A DNA stretch of 64,000 nucleotides. Origin: Mobula hypostoma (Eukaryota). Positions 53,459-64,000 of this stretch are shown one piece after another. A program made the translations under genes and the position numbers. How positions within the stretch are numbered: the first letter of the stretch is position 1; each line of letters begins with the position of its first letter. The stretch covers positions 173,230,001 through 173,294,000 of the forward strand of contig NC_086097.1 of the NCBI RefSeq assembly GCF_963921235.1. Reading direction: 5' to 3'. Under the pieces are notes generated by a model, which worked only from the letters and a program-made list of their open reading frames with translations, made no database searches and was not told the DNA's origin.

Positions 53459-55099
53459 ATTGCAATTCTTAAATGGTGTGCATATGACTCGGATTTTACG
53501 CCGAATAAACTGGATGCTAGATTTAAGGACTGAACACCTAAAGGAATAACAGTTCTTTGCAATATAATGAAAGAAGGAAAGCTGTTCAGTTTTGAAATGC
53601 TCAAAGAGAAACACTTATGAGAAAAACAAAACTTTTATCGGTATTTACAGATGCAACAGTACGTTCATAGGTCGGTTAAAAATGTAACCAAGGCAAGTAC
53701 ATGTTTGATAGAGCTATATAGAAAATTCAGATAACGGTACAGTAGTAGAATAATTTCAAGCATGTATAAGGGTTTGTCAAATCTTAAAACACATTCATCT
53801 TCATACATTAAAACAAAATGGGAGAAGAAAGGAGGGATAATAATATCTGAGGAAGAATGGACAATAATATGGAGGTATCAATCGAAGTGTACCAGTTCAC
53901 AGAAATGGACGGAGTTCAGGAGGAAAAACTTGATAAGATATTTCGCTACACCCTCTCAGAAATCCCATTATGATAGTATCCTCCCTGTTTGCTGGAGAAA
54001 TTGTGGAAATCAAAACGCAAACCATTATCATATTTTCTGGGAATGCCCCGTTATCAAAGACTATTGGAGTGGGATACACAATGCCCTACAAGACATCTTT
54101 AAATGTAGAAATACCCTTAGAAAGTAAGACCATATATTTTGGGTATATACCTCAAGAATAGTTGAAAAGAGATAAATATTTAATGAATATACTGCTGGTG
54201 GCTGGTAAAAAGATTCTTACCAGGAAATGGTTATCACAGGAGAGCCCAACTTTAAACACATGGATGGAAATTACAATGGGCATTTACAAAATGGAGAAGA
54301 TAACAGCATCTACTAATCGTCAGTTGGAACAATTTGATTCATACTGGGAAAAATGGTTTAACTACATAACACCTCACAGGCCTGATTTTATTCTCACAAA
54401 TCAATGAATATGTTATTAAAAAAAAAGATCACTCTGTACTTGTACATAGTTTTCTCCCTTTGCTTGTTCTTTCTTTCCTCTCTTCTATAAGTGTATACCT
54501 CAGATAAGTACTATGTGGAGATTTGTGGCAAATATGACTATGTGATATGTATGTACAATATCTGAAATACATCTTATGGAAATGTTTGTTTGATGATGAA
54601 CTTCAATAAAAAATAAATTACAAAAAAAAAAGAAAAGATTAGCTGTCAGGGCCGGAGCCAACGGACAGCCCAGTTTAGCTCACTGCTCCCTGAGGTTTAC
54701 TCACCTCCGTGCCGAACTGAGGCTTTGGCCTGCAATTAATGGGCTCCTGCATCAGCTGCAGTGTTGACTGGCTTCGTGACTGTGGACTCATTTAGTTCGG
54801 AATATTATATGCTTTCCTTTATTGTTTGCGTAATTTGTTTTGTTTATGCACATTGGGTGTTTGGTGGTCTATTTTAAGTGGATTCTCTTGGGTTTCTTTG
54901 TTTCATGGCTCCCTGAAGGAGACAAATCTTTCAAAGGTTAAATATCCAAAGGGGAAAATAACTGCAACACCATGTGCAAGAAAGTGGAGTAATTTTTGAA
55001 CTATTCAGCATTGGCAGAGACACGATAGGCTTCCTTCTATGCATTGTGAATCAGAGTTGTAGGTATTTGTATCTGTATGCTTCTTGTACATATAAGTGA

Positions 55100-55106
55100 G
55101 TGTATG

Positions 55107-55162
<56 letters not shown>

Positions 55163-55163
55163 T
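55100..55163. repeat. Compound (TA)n(CA)n microsatellite
   Basis: Seen directly. Confidence 0.95.
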
Positions 55164-56329
55164 ACAGCAAAGTTAAAATTTTTACATAAAGTCTCGTTCC
55201 TCAACAGCAAAAAGGTATTATGTACTTCTAGCCTTTGGAGTACAGGAAGAAAGCAGACACACTAAAAAACTTTAAAAACACATTTTCTTGCAACAACCTA
55301 ATGTATTAGGAGGGAGAATGAGAAAATCAATACAGATCATATTATTCCAAGACTTAATATTTCTACAGATGATTTGATCTTCATCTCCCTCTTGATATCT
55401 GAAAGAGAGAAATCATTCCATTGGTGGAATGGTCACGGACCACTGGACACAGAATGATAATTCTGAGAAAAGAACCAAAACCAAAATGAGGAACATATTC
55501 TTTATGCAAGAATAGTTACAATCTGGAATGCACCAGGATGAGGCGTTGAGAAGACATTTATATTTTCTATTCAGTAGCAGCCTGGATAGCTATGTAAAAG
55601 AGAAAAAGAAAAACATCAGGCTTAAAAGAGAAGCCTCCAAAACTGCTTATACGTAAAAGCCAGGACAAGCTAAATGGGCTGAAAGGCCTTTTCCATGCTG
55701 TACACTTTGTATTTATGGATAATTTTACAGACTGCAGAATTCCATTCAACTGGAAGTTAGCAAAAAATAAATAAGACAGCTCATATTTCAAATGAAGTGT
55801 TTTGAGTAGAATTGCAATTTAAGCTCAGTACAGCTGGATAATATTCTGAATGCAATTTGATAACCCCAATCACTTAATTCTTATTATCCATTATTTTAAA
55901 TTCAACCATTACTGAATGTTTAGAAATAACAAAACTATTTTTCTTTTCAACCACGTATTTAATTATTCAGGAAATGAGCTCAACACCCAACGCCATCATC
56001 TAAAATTAGAGTCAGTTTTGTGTTGTTCATGAAATCAGAGAAAAGTAATAAGTAAGGGAAATTCCTAACATATTCTACAAATGCCTGAATAATTTCAGAT
56101 ATCTGTAGGGCTGTACAAAAACATTATGTGTTGAGCACTACACTATTCAAGCATTTCATTTTGGAATATGTGATAGAATTATACCTTGCCAACAAGTAAA
56201 ATGCATTAAAAATTCTGCTGGTCCACTAGGGTGGTTACTTACAACTGGATTGCTTTATTTTAAGCTTCAAAACTTTGCAAAAACATCACAACGTAGAGCT
56301 ATACAACTATGCATAATCATTTGTAGAGT

Positions 56330-57250
56330 TCCAAGGTCCAGAGGAAGGGAGCTTCACGAGAAAACTGAAGTAATGCCAGTAAAACAGTATGAATAAAACT
56401 CAAAATATGACTATTGATTTGAGGAAGGGAAAGGACGGGGTGATGCACCACTATACATTGGTAGATCGGCAGTAGAGAGGGTAAGCAGTTTAAATTCCTA
56501 GGCATCAATATATCGGATAACCTACAGTGCCTATACAAAGTATTTACATCCTTGGAAGTTTTCATGTTTTATTGTTTTACAACATTGAATCACAGTGGAC
56601 TTAATTTGGCTTTTTTGACACTGATCAACAGAAAAAGACTCCTTCATGTCAAAGTGAAAACAGATCTCTACAAAGTGATCTAAATTAATTACAAATATAA
56701 AACACAAAATAATTAATTACATAAGTATTCACCACCTTTGGTATGACGCACCAAATCATCACTGGTGTGGTATGGCAATTCAAATGCGCAGGAGCCTAAG
56801 AAACTGCAGAGGGCAGTGGGCAGTGGACCCAGCCCAATATTCCATGGGCTCATCCTTCACCATCAAGGAAATAACCATCATCAAAGATCCTCATCATGCG
56901 GGCAATGCCATCTTACCATGTCTATCATCGGGCAGGAGGTACAAAAGCCATAAGTCCCACACCAGTAGATTCAAGAACAACTATTTCGCTTTTAATAACT
57001 GGGTTCTTGAACCAGCCTGCACAACCCCAATCTCTACTTCAGTATAATAACAATATGAACACTTTGATCACTTTGTACTACAATGAACTTTGACTAATTT
57101 TGGTTTTAATTGTTTTTCTTGTATAATTTATGGTTTTCTTACTAATATTGTGTACCAGTTGGTGTGAGCCTGTGATGCTGCTGCAAATAAGTTTTTCATT
57201 GTACCTGTGCATACATGCACTTGAGCATATGAAAATAAACTCAACTTGAC
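56330..57250 (+). mobile_element. Rex1/Babar LINE 3' fragment interrupted by a Tc1 end
   Basis: IDLRK, FKFLGINISDNL, WYGN..KLQR, IIKDPHH, SGRRYKS..TSRFKN. Confidence 0.8.
56525..56767 (+). mobile_element. Orphan Tc1-type left TIR fragment
   Basis: TA|CAGTGCCTATACAAAGTATTTACATCC start with an inner direct repeat CATAAGTATTCACCAC ~195 bp downstream (IR/DR layout); no partner TIR. Confidence 0.75.
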
Positions 57251-57254
57251 TAGC

Positions 57255-57939
57255 ATTAAGATGGCAGCACGACGCAGCGCGCGCGGCCGCTCCGGAATGA
57301 TATTTGTAATTGTTAAGTAGGGTACCGTGCACAATTCTGATTTGATGGAGACAGACGTGAGAGCGCAGAGGAACATCTGGAGAAACTTCTGAAATGGCCG
57401 CTTCGCTGTCGCTGCTACTGTGTGGTAATTGGAATCTCCAGAGGAGTAGGCCTCTGAGTCCTCGGTTTTGCTTGTTTTGGTGGCCGGGACGAGGTCGAAG
57501 GCACTCGGCAGAGGATGGCACTCGGGAGGCTGTATCGGAGGGGCTGGTCGGAGGCTCGAAATTTTCGGACAGACTCAGTCAGCAGTGGTCGGGTGCTTCC
57601 AATGCATCGGAAGTTGGCAGTTGTCGGTGCCTGGAGGGTTATGGCAGGAGAGTTTCTCCCTTTTTGCCGCCTGCTACTGGGGACTATAGGAGTCGATTGG
57701 GACTTGAGACATTTTTTTACCGTGCTCATGGTCTGTTCTTTATCAAATTATGGTACTGTTTTGCACTGCTGTAACTATATGTTATAATTATGTGGTTTTG
57801 TCAGTGTTAGTCTTTGGTTTGTCCTGTTTTGTTTGATATCACTCTGGAGGAACATTGTATCATTTCTTAATGCATGCATTACTAAATGACAATAAACGAG
57901 GACTGAGTGTCCTCATAATCTAATCTATTCTAATCTAAT
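57255..57939 (+). mobile_element. Non-coding, non-autonomous retroposon (copy 2)
   Basis: Starts AAGATGGCAGCACGACGCAGCGCGCG; shares blocks with 52836-53458; GAGGAC/GTCCTC hairpin and (AATCT)n tail. Confidence 0.85.
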
Positions 57940-59285
57940 ACATGACAGTGCATCAACATCAGCTGCTTTCTGCAAACAACAAAATGCTATTTCATTCACT
58001 TGGATAAATCCAAGTGAAACAATCAGCTGGATATGTCTCAGCAAGAGGATTCACACCTGCATTACCATGCTTAAACAGAATGTGGTGTGACAAGGCTCAT
58101 TTTGCAGTAGCGACAACATCACTTTACTGAGTGCAAGTATCATACATGTTATAAATATCTTACAATCTATGTTGACTTTCTGCTGTTCACATTTCATTTG
58201 TTGATTCCAACCACCAGGGAACATGGACCTATCTTAAAGGTTTAACTCTCATGCTTTAATATTTTTTTCTGAGCAAATGTCTTGGTATAATGTTGGATTT
58301 CAAGTGTGATTTTAAATAATATTATTCACACAGAAATTACTTTTTTTGCCTTAATCCTTTATAAATACAGAATGCCAAGAGACAACACTGTCAGCCAATG
58401 TTGAGGTGAATGACTGGGCTCCTAGCAAATGGTGTACTGTGATACAAGGGAAATAATTTACTCAGAAAATACTCAGTTTAGAGAGCAGGGATCAGAACTT
58501 CACCAAACTTCAGCAATCGCTTCCAGAATCAATTTACTCAGGAAAAAGGGCAGCAATTTGAAGATAGCTGCACATAAATTATGCATATCAAAACAACCAC
58601 AGTCAATTGCAGCAGTGTGGTCACTGGGGTCTGAAAACAGTGTTATCTCTATATTCAGTCTGATGAAAATAGACTGGATATTGGCATTAAAAATGTGGAA
58701 TACTTTCCACGTCGGGAAATTAGTGCTGCAAAGAAGCTACGTAAGCATTGCTCATTTTTTACATGCTGTACAGCTGCTTATGTCTTGCCCAACTCGCAGA
58801 AATTTATGATTCCTTTGGTTATGAAAGGATACATTCTTGTCCAAGCAGTTTTGTTTATAAACATAGAAACATAGAAAACCTGCAGCACAATATAGGCCCT
58901 TCAGCCCACAGTGCTGTGCCGAACATGTGCTTACTTTTGAAAATTACCTCAGGTTACCATAGCCCTCTATTTTTCTGAGCTCCATGTACCTGTCCAGGAG
59001 TCTCTTAAAAGAGCCTATCATATCCACCTCCACCACCGTTGCTGGCAGCCCATTCCAAGCACTCACCACTCTCTGTAAAAAACTTACCCCGACATCTCCT
59101 CTCAACCTACTTCCAAACACCATGTAACTGTGTCCTCGCGTGTTAGCCATTTCAGCCTTGAGAAAAAAGCCTCTGACAATCCACACAATCAATGTCTCTC
59201 GTCATCTTAAACACCTCTGTCAGGTCACTACTCATCCTCTGTCGCTCCAAGGAGAAAAGGCCAAGTTCACTCAACCTATTCTCAT

Positions 59286-60148
59286 GCCACCAGGTTCATA
59301 ATTTCCTCTCTGTACTCAAACTCATCATTACCCCAGATACAGCCCTACAATTGTTGTGTCATCAGAAAACTTATATATTGAGTTTGATGGAAACTTGGCT
59401 ACACAATCATGGGTGTACAGTGAGTACAGCATGGGGCTGAGTACACAGCCTTATGGGGCACTGGTGCTCAGAGTGATTGTAGAGAAGAGCTTGTCCCCTA
59501 TTTTTACAGCCTGGGTCCTGTCTGTGAGGAAGTTGAAGATCCAGCTGCAGATCTGAGTGCTAAGGCCCAGGTTCCGAAGCTTAGGAATCAGTTTATTTGG
59601 AATGATGGTATTAAAGGCAGAGCTGTAGTCAATGAAAAGGAGCCTTACGTATGCATCTTTATTCTCCAGGTGTTCTAAGGAGGAATGTAGGGCCAGAGAG
59701 CTGGTATCTGCCGTTGACCTGTTGCTCTGGTAGGCGAATTGCAAAGCGTCGAGGTTGACCGGTAGGCTGTGGTTGATGTGTGCCAAAACCAATCTCTCGA
59801 AGCACTTCATAGCAATTGATGTCAGAGCCACAGGTCGATAGTCATTCAGGCATGCCACCTTGCTCTTCTTCAGCACTGGGATTATCGTTACCTTCTTAAA
59901 ACATGAGGGGATCTTAGACTAAAGCAAGGAGCAGTTGAAGATGTCAGCAAACACTCCAGCTAGCTCGCTTGCACAGGCCCGGAGAACCCGACCTGGGACG
60001 CCATCTGAGCCCCTCGCCTTCCTTGGATTTATCTTCAGGAAGGCCCTTCTAACGTCCTCCTCAGTGACGATGAATCTCGATGCCACCAGGTCCGGTTCAT
60101 CCAGAGGGAGCGGGACGATCCTCTTCTGTTCGAATCTTGCGTAGAATA
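59286..60148 (-). mobile_element. Rex1/Babar RT internal segment embedded in the CR1
   Basis: [63 protein letters not shown]. Confidence 0.9.
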
Positions 60149-61021
60149 CTACATTCTGCCATCATATTTCACCTACCAAAATGAACCACCCCACACTTAT
60201 CTGGGTTGAACTCCACCTGCCACTTCTTAGCCCAGTTTTGCATCCTATCAATGTCCCCCTGTAACCTCTGACAGGCCTCCACACTATCCTCAACACCTCC
60301 AACCTTTGTGTCATTAGCAAATTTACTAACCCATCCCTCCACTTCCTCATCCAAGTCATTTATAAAAATCACGAAGAGAAGGGGTTCCAGAACAGATCCC
60401 TGAGGCACACCACTGGTCACCAACCTCCATGCAGAATATGATCCGTCTACAACCACTCTTTGTCTTCTGTGGGCAAGCCAATTCTGGATACACAAAGCTA
60501 AGTCCCCTTGGATCCCTTGCCTCCTTACTTTCTCAATAAACCTTGCATGGGGTACCTTATCAAATGCCTTGCTGAAATCCATATACACTACATCTACTGC
60601 ACTATTGTGTTTAGTCACAACCTCAAAAAATTCAATCAGGCTTGTAAGGCATGACCTGCCTTTGACAAAGCCATGCTGACTATTCCTAATCATATTATGC
60701 CTCTCCAAATGTTCATAAATCCTGCCTCTTAGGATCTTCTCCATCAACTTACCAACCACTGAAGTAAGACCCACTGGTCTATAATTTCCTGGGCTATCTC
60801 TACTCCCTTTCTTGAATAAGGAAAGAACATCGGCAGCCCTCCAATCCTCTTGAACCTCTCCCGTCCCCATTGATGATGCAAAAATCATTGCCAGAGGCTC
60901 AGCAATCTCCTCCCTTGCCTCCCACAGTAACCTGGGGTATATCTCGTCCAGTCCTGGTGACTTATCCAACTTGATGCTTTCCAAAAGCTCCAGCACATCC
61001 TCTTTCTTAATATCTGTACGC

Positions 61022-61883
61022 TGTTACGAGAATGCACATAAAATTAAGATGTTTGCTGGCCTGGGCTAGCATCAGTGGCATCAGCAGTTGGTCTGCCACC
61101 TGCCCTCAGGGGAAGGAGAGATAAGGAACAATGGAGCAGCGTCTGGAGATGTGTAATGAAGGGATGTGGGAGGGAGAGCTGTCTGGAGCGGCTCCCCCCT
61201 TTGAACCCTGAACTGGTTGAAGTGATGGACAGGCGATACCCCAGCAGGGGGATAAAAAGGGACAGGTTCGCTAAGGCAGGACACACACGCCACCCGAGGT
61301 AACGAGACCCTGGAAGCGGTGCGCCTCTCACGAGTGGGTGAGAAGCATCAGACAACGACAAGGGTGGAAAGGTACGATCAGCGGGAACCCGGTGTGTGTC
61401 CGCCCTTGCCTGGGTGCCGGGTTCACTGCAGAGGATCGACCGCATCTGGAGGAGGGGTCACAGTCGGTGACCTCAGGTGACATCACCAAGGACCCGCCCA
61501 AAAGTTGCTTGTGAGCCATCCCGCTGGTCTGTGAGTGAAGCCGTTCTGAATGATCAGTTGTTCCTGTTCTCTCTGTCTCTCTTCCCCCACCTTGTCCATC
61601 GCCATGGCAACGATTACTGCGAACTGAACTACTAACTGGACTGAACTTTGAGTCATTTTGAAATTGGTCATTTACCCCTAGACAACGATAGAGCTTGATT
61701 GATGCTGTTATCTTAATTCTGTGCACATGTGCGTTTATCATCGCTGAACTGTTGCATTTATTATCCTTTCGATTAATGCGTTGCTTGTTTCTTTAATAAA
61801 ACTTTCTTAGTTCTAGTACTCCAGACTCCAACTGAGTGATCCATTTCTGCTGGTTTGGCAACCCAGTTACGGGGTACGTAACA
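61022..61883 (+). mobile_element. Solo LTR (862 bp), Gypsy-like
   Basis: Inverted termini TGTTACG and CGTAACA; perfect 4-bp TSD ACGC; GATAAAA TATA-like box ~61251 and AATAAA at 61795; CR1 frame EKFER|TDIKKED is restored on removal. Confidence 0.92.
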
Positions 61884-63229
61884 ACGCTCAAACTTTTCAG
61901 TCTGCTGTAAGTCATCCCTACAATCGCCAAGGTCCTTTTCCATGGTGAATACTGAAGCAAAGTATTCATTAAGTACCTCTGCTACCTCCTCTGGTTCCAT
62001 ACGCACTTTTCCACTGTCACACTTGATTGGTCCTATTCCCTTGATGTTTACATGATGAATGTATGTGTTCAACATATTAAGTGACTTTAGAGCTGGACAA
62101 AGTCCATTTCCACAGATACAAATGCTCTCAAGATCAGACGTGTATTACTGGGAGTGTTGGTAAATATAAAGTGTTCTTCCTAATACTGCTGGGAGCCTCT
62201 ATCATGACACCAGAGTGTTCTGTTTGCCACAGGATGGATTGCAGTTGACCTGTTGGCCAATATTAAGATATCAATAGCTGGTGTGCAGTGAAAGTCAGGA
62301 GTAAGGGTAGGTTCATGACCAGAGCCATGGTCCAGAGTGCTTGTATATTTTATCTCACTTTATAAGCTGAGATTCCCACAGAAGTTGTCACATCTGTAGA
62401 AAGGCTACCACTGTACATTGCTCTGTTCTTAGTGAAAATGAATTGGAATATTGAGAGTTAGGAGAAATGGACAGAAAATGAAGGAAGTAAGGAAAATCAG
62501 TTTTGAGGATCAAAACCTCTGGTGAGAGGCAAGAGGAGTGGGGTGGGAAGTGGGGAGTGGGGGTTGCATCCTGGAACAAATGTGTCTGATGAGAATTAAT
62601 TTAAAACTAAATAAAGCAAAAAAAGAACTTTCCAATGCTACAACAATAACAGAATAGTCTTCACTCATTATGCTGAAAAAAAATTAAGCCAAAGTGTTTC
62701 TGGTACAAAACATCTTCTAAAGTGTCATATTTTTGGCATCCTTATTTATTCAGCAGATCATTTTTTTGCATTAGGAATTTTGAGGTTGAGGAAGCATTTG
62801 TGATCTTTATGAATGATAGGGCTTGTAGTTCTTCTCCTTAGACACTGGGTTTTAAGTACTGGAAAAGATAATGGAGAAGGAAACTGATAGTATTGGAATC
62901 AGAGATTCAGAAAGGGAAATAAAAGAGAAGAAAGGATGAGTAAAAAAAACTAAAAAGGTAAAGGAAAGAAAATAACTATTTATATCTTAAATACTAAAAA
63001 AATCTCAAGTACATCTTGCAGAATGAAACAGCGCAGGTTTACATGTCTAATTTATTGTATTTTGACCTAACTTCTTACAATATGTTTAATTTGAATGTAA
63101 TATGCTAATTTTTTGTAATTTACAAGGTGATAAAGGGCAAAATGATAGTTTTACAAGACTAGAAGTGAACCAGGCAAAATCAGCCAATAGCTTGCTATTT
63201 GTAAAATGTTACTTCCTCTCCAAAAGATT

Positions 63230-64000
63230 ATTTAAAAGCTGATAATTATGTGTATATCAAATTCAACATTAATCTGGCACAATTTGCTTTACTACAATCC
63301 ACCTGTCACATCCTTAATCTAGATGCTGCATCCAAAAGAATCATAACTACTAAACTGGATTACCAGCTTTGATGACTCTGGCATGAGACTGAGATAGGGA
63401 AACAGTAATTTGATTAGATAAAACCAGTGCCGAACAAGGCTGTGTCTTTTACCTACCATTCTTCACAATCTTTCTCACCATAACATTGCACCTCACTCAC
63501 TTCCAACAAAATACCCATGGGTGTGGTGCTAACCTTTAGAACAAATAGGGAAATTTGAGACTCCAGTGAAGAACAAAGGTCACCAAACATCAATAGTCAA
63601 ACTGCAGTACACAGACAACACCACTATTTGCACGTCCTTGGAAAATGGGCAAGTTCCAAGCTCATTCACAAAAGCATTTGAAAGAATGAACCTTACATTC
63701 AATAAAAGAATTGGAATTGTTTGATAATTGTCACACATACCAAAGTACAGTGAAAAGCTTTTCCTGACTAATTTGTTACATAGTGTATTGAGGTAGCATT
63801 TGGAATATTTCCAAAACCAAGGTCTTCCACCATTCTGACACCACTGCATCACATAGACTTCGAACAAAAAATGAGTCAGAGTGAGACCATGGAAAACATG
63901 AGCCACTTGCCACATGTCAATAACCACCTCTTGCTAACAGCAGATATCTATGCCAAAATTCACCTCCACCTTCAAAATACCATCATAGTCTTCGGTCAAC
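63230..64000 (+). mobile_element. Old RTE-clade LINE RT fragment
   Basis: Degenerate GVKQGCV-like (gccgaacaaggctgtgtc), LQYTDN and ADI.AKIHL motifs. Confidence 0.55.

Larger units (their letters stand above)
49857..54407 (+). pseudogene. L1 ORF2p (APE endonuclease, RT, C-terminal zinc knuckle), disrupted
   Basis: ISFNVNGL, YLQETHL, RRGVAILI, DKEGRYI, KSPGSNG, RPISVLNVDYK, SVDAEKAFDSV, YVDD, KMNILPRLLYLFQ, CWRNCG..HIFWECP. Confidence 0.93.
46205..54631 (+). mobile_element. Full-length L1 LINE (~5.6 kb without inserts) carrying three nested insertions
   Basis: Perfect 16-bp TSD GAAAAGATTAGCTGTC at 46189-46204 and 54632-54647; AATAAA plus poly(A) at 54605-54631; ORF1 and ORF2 remnants in order. 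Confidence 0.96.
58860..62040 (-). mobile_element. CR1 LINE, 5'-truncated, interrupted by a solo LTR and a Rex1 segment
   Basis: Tail (TTTCTATG)n at 58860; RT ORF 60169-60996; IGPIKCDSGKV at ~62000; similar to 20778-25277. Confidence 0.93.

Noticed and set aside
54494..54515. TATACCTCAG as the start of miR-875, which I recall lying in a mammalian VPS13B intron
   Set aside because: The match stops after 10 nt, lies in the L1 3' UTR and has no hairpin
58429..58809. 126-aa ORF in non-repeat sequence
   Set aside because: No recognisable domain or splice context and it is antisense to the host gene; likely chance
61044..61741. Short ORFs within the LTR as accessory genes
   Set aside because: They overlap on both strands in GC-rich LTR sequence and have no motifs

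Overview
Eukaryotic (vertebrate) intronic DNA, most likely from a cartilaginous fish such as a ray; this is inferred from the CR1, Rex1, V-SINE and Penelope repeat mix and cannot be proven from the window. By eye, about three quarters is transposable elements. The only host coding sequence I can support is one 204-bp phase-0 exon on the minus strand (26123-26326). Its translation matches my recollection of vertebrate VPS13B, so the window is probably that exon plus parts of its two large flanking introns. Many degraded CR1 LINEs are present, two of them near full length. Other retroelements are a full-length L1 with a 16-bp target-site duplication (TSD) and three nested insertions, Rex1/Babar and RTE LINEs, Penelope pieces (one with a hammerhead ribozyme core), V-SINEs and two solo LTRs. 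DNA transposons are a Tc1, an internally deleted hAT, a MITE and a degraded Academ-like element with an XPG/FEN1-type nuclease domain. The best leads are a candidate 15-nt in-frame microexon, a 130-bp hammerhead-bearing insert, the Academ-like element and a family of ~650-bp non-coding retroposons with no tRNA head. I found no clearly novel intact multi-gene system. Most long ORFs in the track are TE fragments or their antisense shadows. Family assignments come from motif recognition, not database searches.
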